From an uncultured Chloroflexia bacterium (GTDB lineage Bacteria > Chloroflexota > Anaerolineae > Anaerolineales > E44-bin32): a DNA stretch of 64,000 nucleotides. The notes under the pieces were generated by a model, which was not told where the DNA came from, made no database searches, and saw nothing but the letters and a program-made list of their open reading frames with translations. The stretch spans positions 78,612 to 142,611 of the forward strand of contig CAWBME010000006.1 in assembly GCA_963789825.1 (NCBI GenBank). The letters run 5' to 3'. The first letter of the stretch is position 1. Each line of letters opens with the position of its first letter. Both the position numbers and the translations under genes were made by a program. Positions 39,187 to 48,106 of the stretch are shown here, piece after piece.

Positions 39187-39420
39187 CACCAGCGAATTCA
39201 AGCTGTGCGCGGCACTGCAGAGTCATAGCCACTGCTCGACCTGGGCCGAGTGCCTTCAGCGTGGGGCATCTGCGCCGGCCGGGACACCCCCGCACCTTCG
39301 CCCCCCAGCCGAGTCCGCCACCTTGGCCCCCCGCAGGAGACTGCGCCCGGGCTGGAGCGAGGCGTTGGATGGCTGCGATACGACCGGTCTGGGCCGACCG
39401 GGCAATTGGGTTGGGCGTCC

Positions 39421-39843
39421 TCATCCGGCGGGGGAGGCGGCTCGCGGCTGGATGAGATCCCACTTGTTCCCGTAAAGATCCTCGAAGACCGCGACGGTGC
39501 CGTAGGCCTCTTCTCTCGGGTGCTCAAGGAACTTCACACCGGCGGCCTCCATCCGGGCATGGTCCCGGACAAAGTCGTCCGTGTGGAGAAACAGGAACAC
39601 ACGGCCTCCGGCCTGGTTGCCGATGCATGACTCCTGCTCAGGCGTCGAAGCCTGAGCCAGGAGGAGGCTCAACGGCGACTCCTGCGACGGGGCAACCAGG
39701 ATCCAGCGCTTGCCCTCGCCAAGAGGCGTGTCTTCGACGAGGCTGAAGCCCAGGCATCCGGTGAAGAAGGCAATCGCCTCGGCGTACTCCCTGACGAGGA
39801 ATGTGACGTGCGCAAGGTTGCGGTTCACGGGCGCGCCGGCCAT
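39421..39843 (-). CDS. VOC/glyoxalase-bleomycin resistance family protein
   Basis: 140 aa; HVTFLVREYAEAIAFF..LGF and ..FEDLYGNKWDLIQ typical of the VOC fold. Confidence 0.75.
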   Translation of the reverse strand: MAGAPVNRNLAHVTFLVREYAEAIAFFTGCLGFSLVEDTPLGEGKRWILVAPSQESPLSLLLAQASTPEQESCIGNQAGGRVFLFLHTDDFVRDHARMEAAGVKFLEHPREEAYGTVAVFEDLYGNKWDLIQPRAASPAG

Positions 39844-39931
39844 TCGAGTCCAATCTGGGTGCAGTTCGCTCGAGCCGGTCGCCGAGCATCCACCCGGAGC
39901 AGCCTCACGTCTGACAAAAGCCGGCGTGGGC

Positions 39932-40614
39932 TCAGACGCCGTCCTCGGGCAGCGGACTCTCCGGCGCAGGCTTCGCTGCCGGCCGCAGTCGATGCAGGAG
40001 GAGTTCGTAGCCGACAGGCATCACGGAGATCAGGATGATGGCGATCACCACCAGGCCGAAGTTGTCGCGCACGATCGGGATGTTGCCGAAGAAGTAGCCG
40101 GCGAAGATGAAGACAGGGCCGTCCAGGTAAACGCGCCGACGACGTTCCACATGATGAACTTGCTGTAGCGCATCGTCCCGACACCGGCGACAAAGGGAGC
40201 GAAGGTGCGGATGATCGGGATGAAGCGGGCGAGGAAGATCGTCTTGCCGCCGTGCTTGTCGTAGAAGCGCTGGGTGCGCTCGAGGTACTCGCGCTTGAGA
40301 AAGCGCACGTCCTCCTGGAACACGCGCGGGCCGATCCGGTTGCCGACCCAGTAGTTGACCGAGTCCCCGACCACGGCCGCCACGAACAGCAGGATGAACA
40401 GCACCCACACGTTCAGCGCGCCGGTTGCGGCGAAGGCGCCGGCGGCGAACAGCAGCAAATCGCCCGGCAGGAAGGGCATGACGACCAGCCCGGTTTCCAT
40501 GAAGATGATGGCGAAGAGAATCGAGTACGTCCAGTAGCCGTAGGCTGCGATGATCTCGCCCAGGTGCTTGTCGATGTGCAGGATGAAGTCGAAGAGCTGT
40601 ACCAGAAGCTGCAT
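39932..40614 (-). CDS. DedA-family membrane protein (apparent 1-nt deletion near 40130)
   Basis: MPFLPGDLLLFAAGA, VGDSVNYWVGNRIG, GGKTIFLARFIPIIRTFAPFVAG; last helices (VYLDGPVFIFAGYFFG) are in another frame. Confidence 0.8.
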
Positions 40615-40639
40615 GGGGTCTCGGGTGTCTCCGTGGGTC

Positions 40640-41119
40640 TTAGCCCGAAGCCTCGGCTCCGAGCAGGTCGGCCAAGATCTGGGCGCTGTGCCCTTCCGGC
40701 TTGACGTTCTCATAGATGCGCAGCAAACGACCGTCGGGGCCGATCAGGAAAGTGGTCCGCAGCACGCCTTCGTAGTTGCGCCCCATGAAGGTCTTCGGCC
40801 CCCAGACGCCGTACGCCGAGGCCACGGCATGCCCCTCGTCGGCCAGCAGGGGGAAGGGCAGAGAAAACTTATCGCGGAACTTGGCATGCGAGGCCACGCT
40901 ATCAGGAGAGATGCCGAGCACCTGCACCGCGTTCTGCCGATAGTCGGCGTATGCGTCGCGAAAGCCGCAGGCTTGGGTGGTGCAGCCTGGCGTATCGTCC
41001 TTGGGGTAGAAGTACAGCACGACCGGACGCCCGCGCAGGTCCGCAAGGCGGATCTCGTTGCCGTGATCGTCGTGCAGGGCGAAGTCGGGGGCCGGATCCC
41101 CGACGCGCGGCAGGCTCAT
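40640..41119 (-). CDS. bcp: thioredoxin-dependent peroxiredoxin (Bcp type)
   Basis: GDPAPDFAL..VVLYFYPKDDTPGCTTQACGFRD. Confidence 0.92.
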   Translation of the reverse strand: MSLPRVGDPAPDFALHDDHGNEIRLADLRGRPVVLYFYPKDDTPGCTTQACGFRDAYADYRQNAVQVLGISPDSVASHAKFRDKFSLPFPLLADEGHAVASAYGVWGPKTFMGRNYEGVLRTTFLIGPDGRLLRIYENVKPEGHSAQILADLLGAEASG

Positions 41120-41212
41120 CGCTGCGGAACCCTCCTGGGTGGTTGACAGGAAGGCAATCCTACCACGGCTGGGAGCACCGCTAGGTTATCGCTGAGTTCC
41201 CGGCGGCGGGCG

Positions 41213-41241
41213 TTGCCCTTTGCCGGAAGAGCGCCTAGAAT
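41213..41241 (+). promoter_or_regulatory. promoter of the atypical regulator gene
   Basis: TTGCCC, 17 nt spacer, TAGAAT; AGGAGG SD follows before ATG 41275. Confidence 0.45.
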
Positions 41242-41274
41242 GCGGCGGCAGAGGCGCAGGAGGCGCCGCTTCCG

Positions 41275-41967
41275 ATGCAGGCCTTTGTGATTGCCGCCGA
41301 CCCCGACGAGCGCGACCTGATCTCGTTCGCCCTGCGTCACACGGGACTAGCCGTGGCGCCCGGCTCGGAGCTGCGCCGCATCTTGACCAGCTGGCAGGAG
41401 AATCCGGCCGACGTGGTGATCCTGGCCGCCGAGGAAACGGCGAGCCTGCAGTCCGACATCACCGCCCTGCGGGCGGTGACCGATGTGCCGCTGATCGTGA
41501 TGGTGGACCCGGCGGGCGAAGCGCAGCTGGCTGCCTGGGTGCGCACCGGCGCCGACCTGGTGATGGAGCGGCCGGTGTCGTTGCGGCTGTTCTCGGAGTA
41601 CGCCCTGGGTCTGATGCGCCGCAGCGGGGCCACCGCCTCCTTCAGCATGCCGCGCCTCGAGTTGGACGGAATCACGCTCGACCCGGCGACGCGCACCGTC
41701 AGCGTGGAGGGCAAAGACCCCCGCCGCCTGACCCAGCTCGAGTTCCGCCTGCTGCACGTGCTGGTCGCCAATCGGGAGCAGGTGGTCCCGACCGAGGCCA
41801 TCGTCGAGCGCGTCTGGGGGTACTCCGGCGAAGGGGACCGCGACTTGGTGCGCGGCCTGGTGAGTCGGCTTCGGCACAAGATCGAGCCAGACCCGGAGAA
41901 GCCGCGCTTCATCCAAACGATTGCCGGCGTCGGATACCAGTTCACCCTGGCACAACCACCCGCCTAG
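41275..41967 (+). CDS. OmpR-family transcriptional regulator with degenerate (pseudo-)receiver domain
   Basis: Winged helix LTQLEFRLLHVL..IAGVGYQF; the receiver lacks the phospho-acceptor Asp (VVILAAEE), the acidic pair reads AD, the Thr/Ser position reads V/M, the Lys position reads R. Confidence 0.8.
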   Translation: MQAFVIAADPDERDLISFALRHTGLAVAPGSELRRILTSWQENPADVVILAAEETASLQSDITALRAVTDVPLIVMVDPAGEAQLAAWVRTGADLVMERPVSLRLFSEYALGLMRRSGATASFSMPRLELDGITLDPATRTVSVEGKDPRRLTQLEFRLLHVLVANREQVVPTEAIVERVWGYSGEGDRDLVRGLVSRLRHKIEPDPEKPRFIQTIAGVGYQFTLAQPPA

Positions 41968-42085
41968 CCGTTGCCGGCCAGGCAGTCAGCCGCCAGCCAG
42001 CCGGCAGGAGTGCGGGGCGAGTGTCGGTCGGCGGGCACAACCTCGCTTGCCAGCAGTGGTCGCCAAGCACTTCCCGCTTGCACGC

Positions 42086-42156
42086 CTTTGCCACATCTGG
42101 GGCAGTTCTACCACTCCTCTGCCACATCTGGTGCAGTAGAATTGCGCATAATTGCG
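42086..42156 (+). promoter_or_regulatory. direct-repeat operator-like elements in an AT-rich intergenic region
   Basis: TGCCACATCTGG(G/T)GCAGT at 42089-42106 and 42120-42137 (31-bp period); AATTGCG at 42140-42146 and 42150-42156 (10-bp period); TAGAAT at 42137-42142. Confidence 0.5.
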
Positions 42157-42211
42157 GTAATTTTAGCCCTGGTATGGGAGAAATTGGCCTTGGAACGAAA
42201 GGAAAGCGCCG

Positions 42212-42421
42212 ATGCTGCAAGGAACCTGTCCTGAGTGTGCCGGTCCGCTGCACTTCGTTCGTCCGCCAGCTCTCGGCCAGCGGGCCCGCTGCCCGAAGTG
42301 CGGTGCGCGGCTGGAGGTCGTCCGCGCCGATCCGATCGAGTTGGATTGGGCCTTCGAAGGGCCGCTCGGCACGGGCTGGAAGATGGGAGAAGTCTTGACC
42401 GAAGATGAGCTGGAAGGTTGA
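42212..42421 (+). CDS. LysW-like zinc-ribbon protein with acidic C-terminus (candidate amino-group carrier protein)
   Basis: 69 aa; GTCPECAGPL....RCPKCGARLEVVRADPIELD parallels Thermus LysW GTCPECGAEL....VCEDCGAELEVVGLDPLRLE; C-terminus TEDELEG. Confidence 0.65.
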   Translation: MLQGTCPECAGPLHFVRPPALGQRARCPKCGARLEVVRADPIELDWAFEGPLGTGWKMGEVLTEDELEG

Positions 42422-42526
42422 CGGGCGGAAACCAAGCAACACGACCGCAAGGATCTGAGTGCTAGCTCCTCCAAGGGCTCGGCGCTCGGTCTTGCAGGTA
42501 CGACGTCAGAGAATGGAGAACAGGGA

Positions 42527-43732
42527 ATGCGCGACTACAGTTCGATGAAGCTGCACAACAAGAAGCCTCCGAGTCCGATCCTCAGCAGGCCCCCGTGGCG
42601 GATCGCGCTGGTGGCCAACCTGAAGGACGAGATCGATTGGGGGCCTGAAGCTCCTGCCGACGCCGGCTCGGAGTTCGACCGGCGGGAGACGATCGAAGCT
42701 CTGGCTGCGGCGCTGGAGGAGGACGGCCACTGGGTGACGTTCTGCCGGGCCGACAGCACGCTGCCGGAGGCGCTGCTCAACCTCCGACCGCATATCGCCT
42801 TCAATATCGCCGAGGGTCTGGGCGGCGATGGACGCGAGGCACAAGCGCCTGCGGTGTTCGAGCTGCTGGGAATCCCCTACACGGCTTCGCGCGTGGTGGC
42901 CAATGCCATCTCGCTTGACAAGACCCAGACCAAGCGCATCTGGCAAACCCTGGGCTTGCCGACACCCAAATTCCTCGAAGCGCGGGTCCCCGAAGACGCC
43001 AGCCTGTGGAAACGCGGCTATCCGGCTTTCGTCAAGCCGGCGCGCGAGGGGACGGGGATGGGCATCGATACCATGGCCGTGGTCCAGGATGAAGCGGAGC
43101 TGCGCGAACGCATTGCCTGGCTGGTTGAGAGCTACCATCAGCCTGCTCTGGTGGAGGAGTTCCTTCCCGGACGAGAGTTCACCGTGGGCTACCTCGGTAA
43201 CGCCGGCCCGTCCGCCGGGCGGCGCCGCCCCTGGCTCTACGACCGCAACGGGTATCACTTCTTCCCGGTCCTCGAGCTGGATAACCAGGCCAGCGTCAGC
43301 CCCGGTGTGTATGGGCATGACGCCAAGAGCTTCGATATCGGCGCGGTGGGCGCCCCTGGCTACCTGTGCCCGGCCGACATCCCCCGCTCGCTGCAGTCCA
43401 AGATGCTGCGCATTGCTCGACAGGGGGCGGAAGCCTTGGGGGCAGCGGACGTCTCGCGCCTCGACTTCCGCATGGGCGCTGACGGCCAACCCTATCTGAT
43501 GGAAATCAATACGCTGCCGGGGATGAACTCGGAAATCAGCGATCTGTGCATCATGGCCGCCTCCGAGGGCATGCCCTACCAGGATCTGATTTCCGAGATC
43601 CTGTATCTGGGCGCCGAGCGCTTCGGCTTGCCTTACGATGCGCTCGTTCCAACGCCGGCTGCAGCGAAGCGCAGCGTGCAGACGCTGCTGCAGCGGGCGC
43701 CGGCGGTGAGGGTGACCGGCAACGCTGGGTAA
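42527..43732 (+). CDS. ATP-grasp ligase of the D-Ala-D-Ala ligase-like family
   Basis: GLGGDGREAQAPAVFELLGIPYTAS, DKTQTKRIW, FVKPAREGTGMGI, ALVEEFLPGREFTV, RLDFRM..GQPYLMEINTLPG; lacks the GGxSxE N-terminal motif of housekeeping Ddl. Confidence 0.8.
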   Translation: MRDYSSMKLHNKKPPSPILSRPPWRIALVANLKDEIDWGPEAPADAGSEFDRRETIEALAAALEEDGHWVTFCRADSTLPEALLNLRPHIAFNIAEGLGGDGREAQAPAVFELLGIPYTASRVVANAISLDKTQTKRIWQTLGLPTPKFLEARVPEDASLWKRGYPAFVKPAREGTGMGIDTMAVVQDEAELRERIAWLVESYHQPALVEEFLPGREFTVGYLGNAGPSAGRRRPWLYDRNGYHFFPVLELDNQASVSPGVYGHDAKSFDIGAVGAPGYLCPADIPRSLQSKMLRIARQGAEALGAADVSRLDFRMGADGQPYLMEINTLPGMNSEISDLCIMAASEGMPYQDLISEILYLGAERFGLPYDALVPTPAAAKRSVQTLLQRAPAVRVTGNAG

Positions 43733-43841
43733 CCTGCGGCTCGAACGCGCGAGGTGAACGAGCACGGGGTGCACCCCCGTTCGCGTGACGCGCGGCATCG
43801 GCTCAACTGCCGTGGTACACTCACGATTCACTGAGGTGCCC

Positions 43842-45248
43842 ATGACCAAGCGACCCTTCACATCCCGCCGTGCGCCGGCCTATGCCGATGTCCCCGAGGC
43901 GAAATGGAATGACTGGCGCTGGCAGCTCAGCAACCGCCTGAACTCGGTCGAGGAGATCGAGCGCGTCTTCCCTCTGACCGATAGCGAGCGGCGTGCCCTC
44001 TCGGCGCCCGGCTTGTTCCGGGTCGATGTCACGCCCTACTTCATCTCCCTGATCGACCCCGACGACCCGCACGATCCGATCCGCCAGCAGGTGATCCCCA
44101 CCGCCAGCGAGATGGTTCCGTTCACCGGGATGATGGAGGATTCACTCTCGGAGGACGCGCATTCCCCCGTGCCGGGGCTCGTCCATCGCTATCCCGACCG
44201 GGTGCTGATGCTGGTCACGACGCAGTGTGCCTCCTACTGCCGCTACTGCACGCGCTCACGCATCGTCGGCGATCCCAAGGAGCAGTTCTCGCGCGCCGAA
44301 TTCGAGCTCCAGCTGGACTACCTGCGCCGCACGCCCCAGGTGCGTGACGTGCTGCTCTCCGGCGGCGATCCGCTGACCCTTGCCCCTAAGCTGCTGGAGG
44401 AACTGCTGCGGCGGCTGCGCGAGATCGAGCATATCGAAATCGTGCGCATCGGGTCGCGGGTTCCGGTCTTCATGCCGATGCGCGTCGACGATGAGCTCTG
44501 TGAGATGCTGGCCCGGTACCACCCGCTGTGGATGAACATCCACGTCAACCACCCGCACGAGATCACCGCCGAGCTCGCCGAGGCCTGCGACCGCCTGAGC
44601 CGGGCGGGCGTGCCGCTGGGCAATCAGTCGGTCTTGCTGGCGGGCGTCAATGACTGCGTTCACCTGCAACGCCAACTGGTGCAAGAGCTGGTGCGCATTC
44701 GTGTGCGGCCGTACTACCTGTATCAGTGCGACCTGGTCGACGGTTCGGGCCAGTTCCGCACCCCGGTCGCCAAAGGCATCGAGATCATGGAGGGCCTGCG
44801 CGGCCACACCTCTGGCTACGCCATCCCGGCCTATGTGATCGACGCGCCCGGCGGTGGCGGGAAGATCCCGGTCATGCCCAGCTACCAGCTCAGCGCCTCC
44901 GATCACAAGATCGTGCTGCGCAACTTCGAGGGATTCGTCACCACCTACGAAGAGCCACTCTCCTATACGCCTCACGATGCGGACACCTGCGAGTTCTGCC
45001 GGGGGAAGCGGCCCGAACCCGGGCAGACCGGCGTGACCGGGCTGTTGGACGGCGAGAGCATGGTCATCACGCCAGAGGGCTTCGATCGGGTGCACGAACG
45101 CGGGGGTACGCAGCATCGCTTGCGCGCCGATGCGGCCAAGTGGCAGCCACTCGGGATCGGGCCATCCCAGGAATCGGACGCGGCTGGGGAAGGGCAGGCG
45201 GAACCGGATCCGGCGCCCAAGGCGAAGGCTGCCGTCCCGGAGAAGTAG
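43842..45248 (+). CDS. KamA-family radical SAM aminomutase (lysine 2,3-aminomutase-like)
   Basis: WNDWRWQLSNRL, radical-SAM cluster motif CASYCRYCTRS, LLSGGDPL, YYLYQCD; start taken at ATG 43842 (GAGGTG SD). Confidence 0.88.
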   Translation: MTKRPFTSRRAPAYADVPEAKWNDWRWQLSNRLNSVEEIERVFPLTDSERRALSAPGLFRVDVTPYFISLIDPDDPHDPIRQQVIPTASEMVPFTGMMEDSLSEDAHSPVPGLVHRYPDRVLMLVTTQCASYCRYCTRSRIVGDPKEQFSRAEFELQLDYLRRTPQVRDVLLSGGDPLTLAPKLLEELLRRLREIEHIEIVRIGSRVPVFMPMRVDDELCEMLARYHPLWMNIHVNHPHEITAELAEACDRLSRAGVPLGNQSVLLAGVNDCVHLQRQLVQELVRIRVRPYYLYQCDLVDGSGQFRTPVAKGIEIMEGLRGHTSGYAIPAYVIDAPGGGGKIPVMPSYQLSASDHKIVLRNFEGFVTTYEEPLSYTPHDADTCEFCRGKRPEPGQTGVTGLLDGESMVITPEGFDRVHERGGTQHRLRADAAKWQPLGIGPSQESDAAGEGQAEPDPAPKAKAAVPEK

Positions 45249-45274
45249 CCGCCCGTTGTTCACCATCCTCGTAA

Positions 45275-45305
45275 GGGCCTCCCGCAACGGAGGCCCGTTC
45301 TGTCT
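45275..45305 (+). terminator. rho-independent terminator after the aminomutase gene
   Basis: Perfect 8-bp stem GGGCCTCC/GGAGGCCC, 6-nt loop, then GTTCTGTCT. Confidence 0.6.
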
Positions 45306-46173
45306 CCTGCGGGGTCCTAGCTCCTTCCGTGTGTGCGAAGGTTCGCGCCGAAGGAATGGACTACGCGCAACCCCGAGGAATTCGCCTCATGTGCGCGTAG
45401 TCACGAGGCTGGTGGGATGCGGGGATTTGACGAAGCCCGTGGGCCGCGCCTGCTCTCGGGCGGCGCCTGCGGCTGTGAGCGCTGCAAGGTGCAGGCCGGA
45501 GGCTGAACGCTGAGAACGGGTCCTGTCTGGGGCCGGGATGGGCATGTGGAGGTCACCCACAAGCGACCAATGCGGTGGGAGCATGGTGGGAGGCACCGAG
45601 AACATCTCTCGCTTCCCCTCCGCTTCGCTGCGGGGCAGGCGCTCGCAATGACAGTCCCCCCCGCATGATGTCATCCCGAGGCGGCCCTTTCGCCGAGGGA
45701 TCTGCTTGTGGGTCTTGAGTTCGTCCTGGGGCAAGATGGCCAGGGCCGGTGGCGATCCCAGCGGCCTTCCCTCCGATCCCGCGCGTTCTCTCGAAAGTCC
45801 TGTCGATTCCCCATGCGGTTCCGCACGTGCTCGTCTCGGTCGTATCCGTGCTCGAGCCGATCTGCAAAGCCGGCGAACCGCTCGCACCGCGCTGGATCCT
45901 CATGGAGGTATGCATGCACACGCTCGTCGCCAGACTTGCGGCAGGACGCAGCGTCCTGATGATCGCTGAGGCATTGCTCCAACGCGGCGGCAGCGTGCCC
46001 TGCGGAGGGCACGCAGTGGGTAAGAGGGCCGGGGAGCTGCATGGCGTCGGCTGAAGGGAAACCTCCTTGGCGCGAATCGGTCGCCTCGACGGCGTGACCG
46101 CCCCGGGAGACGCGAACGTGTCGCAGGAGGACAGGCTTGAGCCGCTGGCTGAGCCGACCGGGTGGGGGTTGCC

Positions 46174-48106
46174 CTAAGGGCCCACCACCTGGAGGACTTG
46201 CCCGATCTCAGGCAGCGCATACCCGGGCAGCGCCAGGATGGCGCGGTGCAAGTCGGCATCGGCCAGCACGTCAAGCACGGGCTGGAATACCGGGCTGCGG
46301 AAATGCTCCTCCGGCACGACGAGGTCATAACGCTCCTCGAGCGAGCGGGAGGAAATCCAGCCCATACTGCGCAGCGGCGGCTTCGATGCCCATGCCGCAG
46401 TCGACCTGGCCGGCAGCGACGGCGGCCGCGGCCGTCAGGTGGGTGTAGGTCTCTTGCGTGTAGCCACGAACGGATGCCGAGGCGATGCCCTCTTGCGCCA
46501 GTAGATGGTCGAGCAGCACGCGTGTCCCGGCGCCCCGCTGGCGATTGACAAACGCTACGTCAGCGCGCGTCAGGTCGCCGAGACCGCGGATGCCCTTGGG
46601 GTTGCCGGAGGCGACCAGCAGGCCCTGCGTGCGCCGGATGAAACCCAACAAGACGACCTTGCGCCCGGGCAGGTAGCGCCGCACGAAGGGAAGGTTGTAC
46701 TCCCCGGTTTGCGGGTCAAGCAGGTGACATCCGCCGAAATGCGCCTCACCCCTTGACAGCGCGATCAGTCCCCCCAGGCTTCCCACGTTGGCCGAGGTCA
46801 GCCGGCGACCGCGCGCCGGCAGCCGTTCGGCAATCAGATCCAGCGTCAAGTCGTGGGAACCCAGGGCGACGATGGTGCGCTCGACCCAGGACGGATCGAG
46901 GTACAGCCGGACCTCCACCCGGTCGCCGGCGTCGAGCCCCTGAGTGCCAGCCGGGATCAGGACGATCCCATCCGCCCGCACGAGAGAAGTGATCACGCCG
47001 GCGCCGCGTGAGAGCGGCGCGGCCACGACCCGCTCGCCGACCCGGCCAACTGCCACCCGCAGGTACTCGTCGTCGCCGGCCGAAGAATGTACTTTGCGCG
47101 TCAGCGTCGCCGACAGCCGAGGCGGGTCCGGCGGGATGACGCCAAGCCAGCGCGCCAGCAGCGGCTCGACGAAGATTTCCCCGGTGAGCGCCGCCGAGAC
47201 CGGGAAGCCCGGTACGCCGATCACCGGCACGCGCCGGGCTTGCGCATCGATCATCCCCAGGATGACGGGGTGACCGGGCCTCACGGCGACTCCATGCACC
47301 AGCATCCGTCCGATCGACTCCACCACCTCAGCCGTGAAGTCTTCGGAACCGGCCGACGAACCAGCGTTGACCAGTACCAGGTCATGGTCGAGGCTGGCCT
47401 GCAGCACGGCCTGACGTAACGCAGCGCGTTCGTCCCGCACGATGGGCAGGCGCGTCGCCACGCCTCCCCAGGCCTCGACCTGCGCTGCAAGCACCAGGCT
47501 GTTCGATTCGATGATCTCGCCTGGGCGCGGCGCCTGGTCAATCGGCACCAGTTCGTCTCCCGTCGGCAGAACTGCCACTCGAGGCCGGCGCCATACCCGA
47601 AGCGAGGTCGTCCCGCTGGCGGCCAGGGCGCCGAGGTCGACTGGCCGCACGCGGTGACCGGAGGGAAGGACCAGGTCCCCGGCGGCGATGTCCTCGGCCA
47701 CCGGACGCAGGTTCGTCCACGGGGGGATCGGCGCGCGCAGGCGGATGTGCTCGGGAAGAACCTCGACGACCTCGATCGGCGCTACTCCGTCCGCCCAGAG
47801 CGGCAGCGGATCGCCGGTGTCCACGTAAATCGCCTCATGCTCCAAGCCGAGCTCGACGGGGGCCCGGTCGCTTGCCTGCTGTGTGGCTGCCGTGCGAATG
47901 GCGTAGCCATCCATGGCGGCCGACGTCGCGGCCGGTGACGAAAGGCGCGCCCACACCGGCTCGGCCGTCACGCGGCTCAGAGCGCGATCGAGGGGAACGG
48001 ACTCGGCCTCGAGCGGGCCCCACAAGCCAGCCTGCTCGAGCGCCTCCTGAAAGCGATTGCGCGCCGCAGGCAGGGCGACGTCATGCAAGTACATCCCGCG
48101 GTTCAT
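46174..48106 (-). CDS. moeA: MoeA-type molybdopterin molybdenumtransferase fused to a C-terminal PBP-like domain (apparent +1 frameshift near 46350)
   Basis: AMDGYA, LPTGDELV, NAGSSAGSEDF, PGFPVSA; C-terminal ~230 aa periplasmic-binding-protein-like (GSHDLTLD...FVNRQRGAGTR...), with its last ~60 aa in the +1 frame. Confidence 0.8.
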
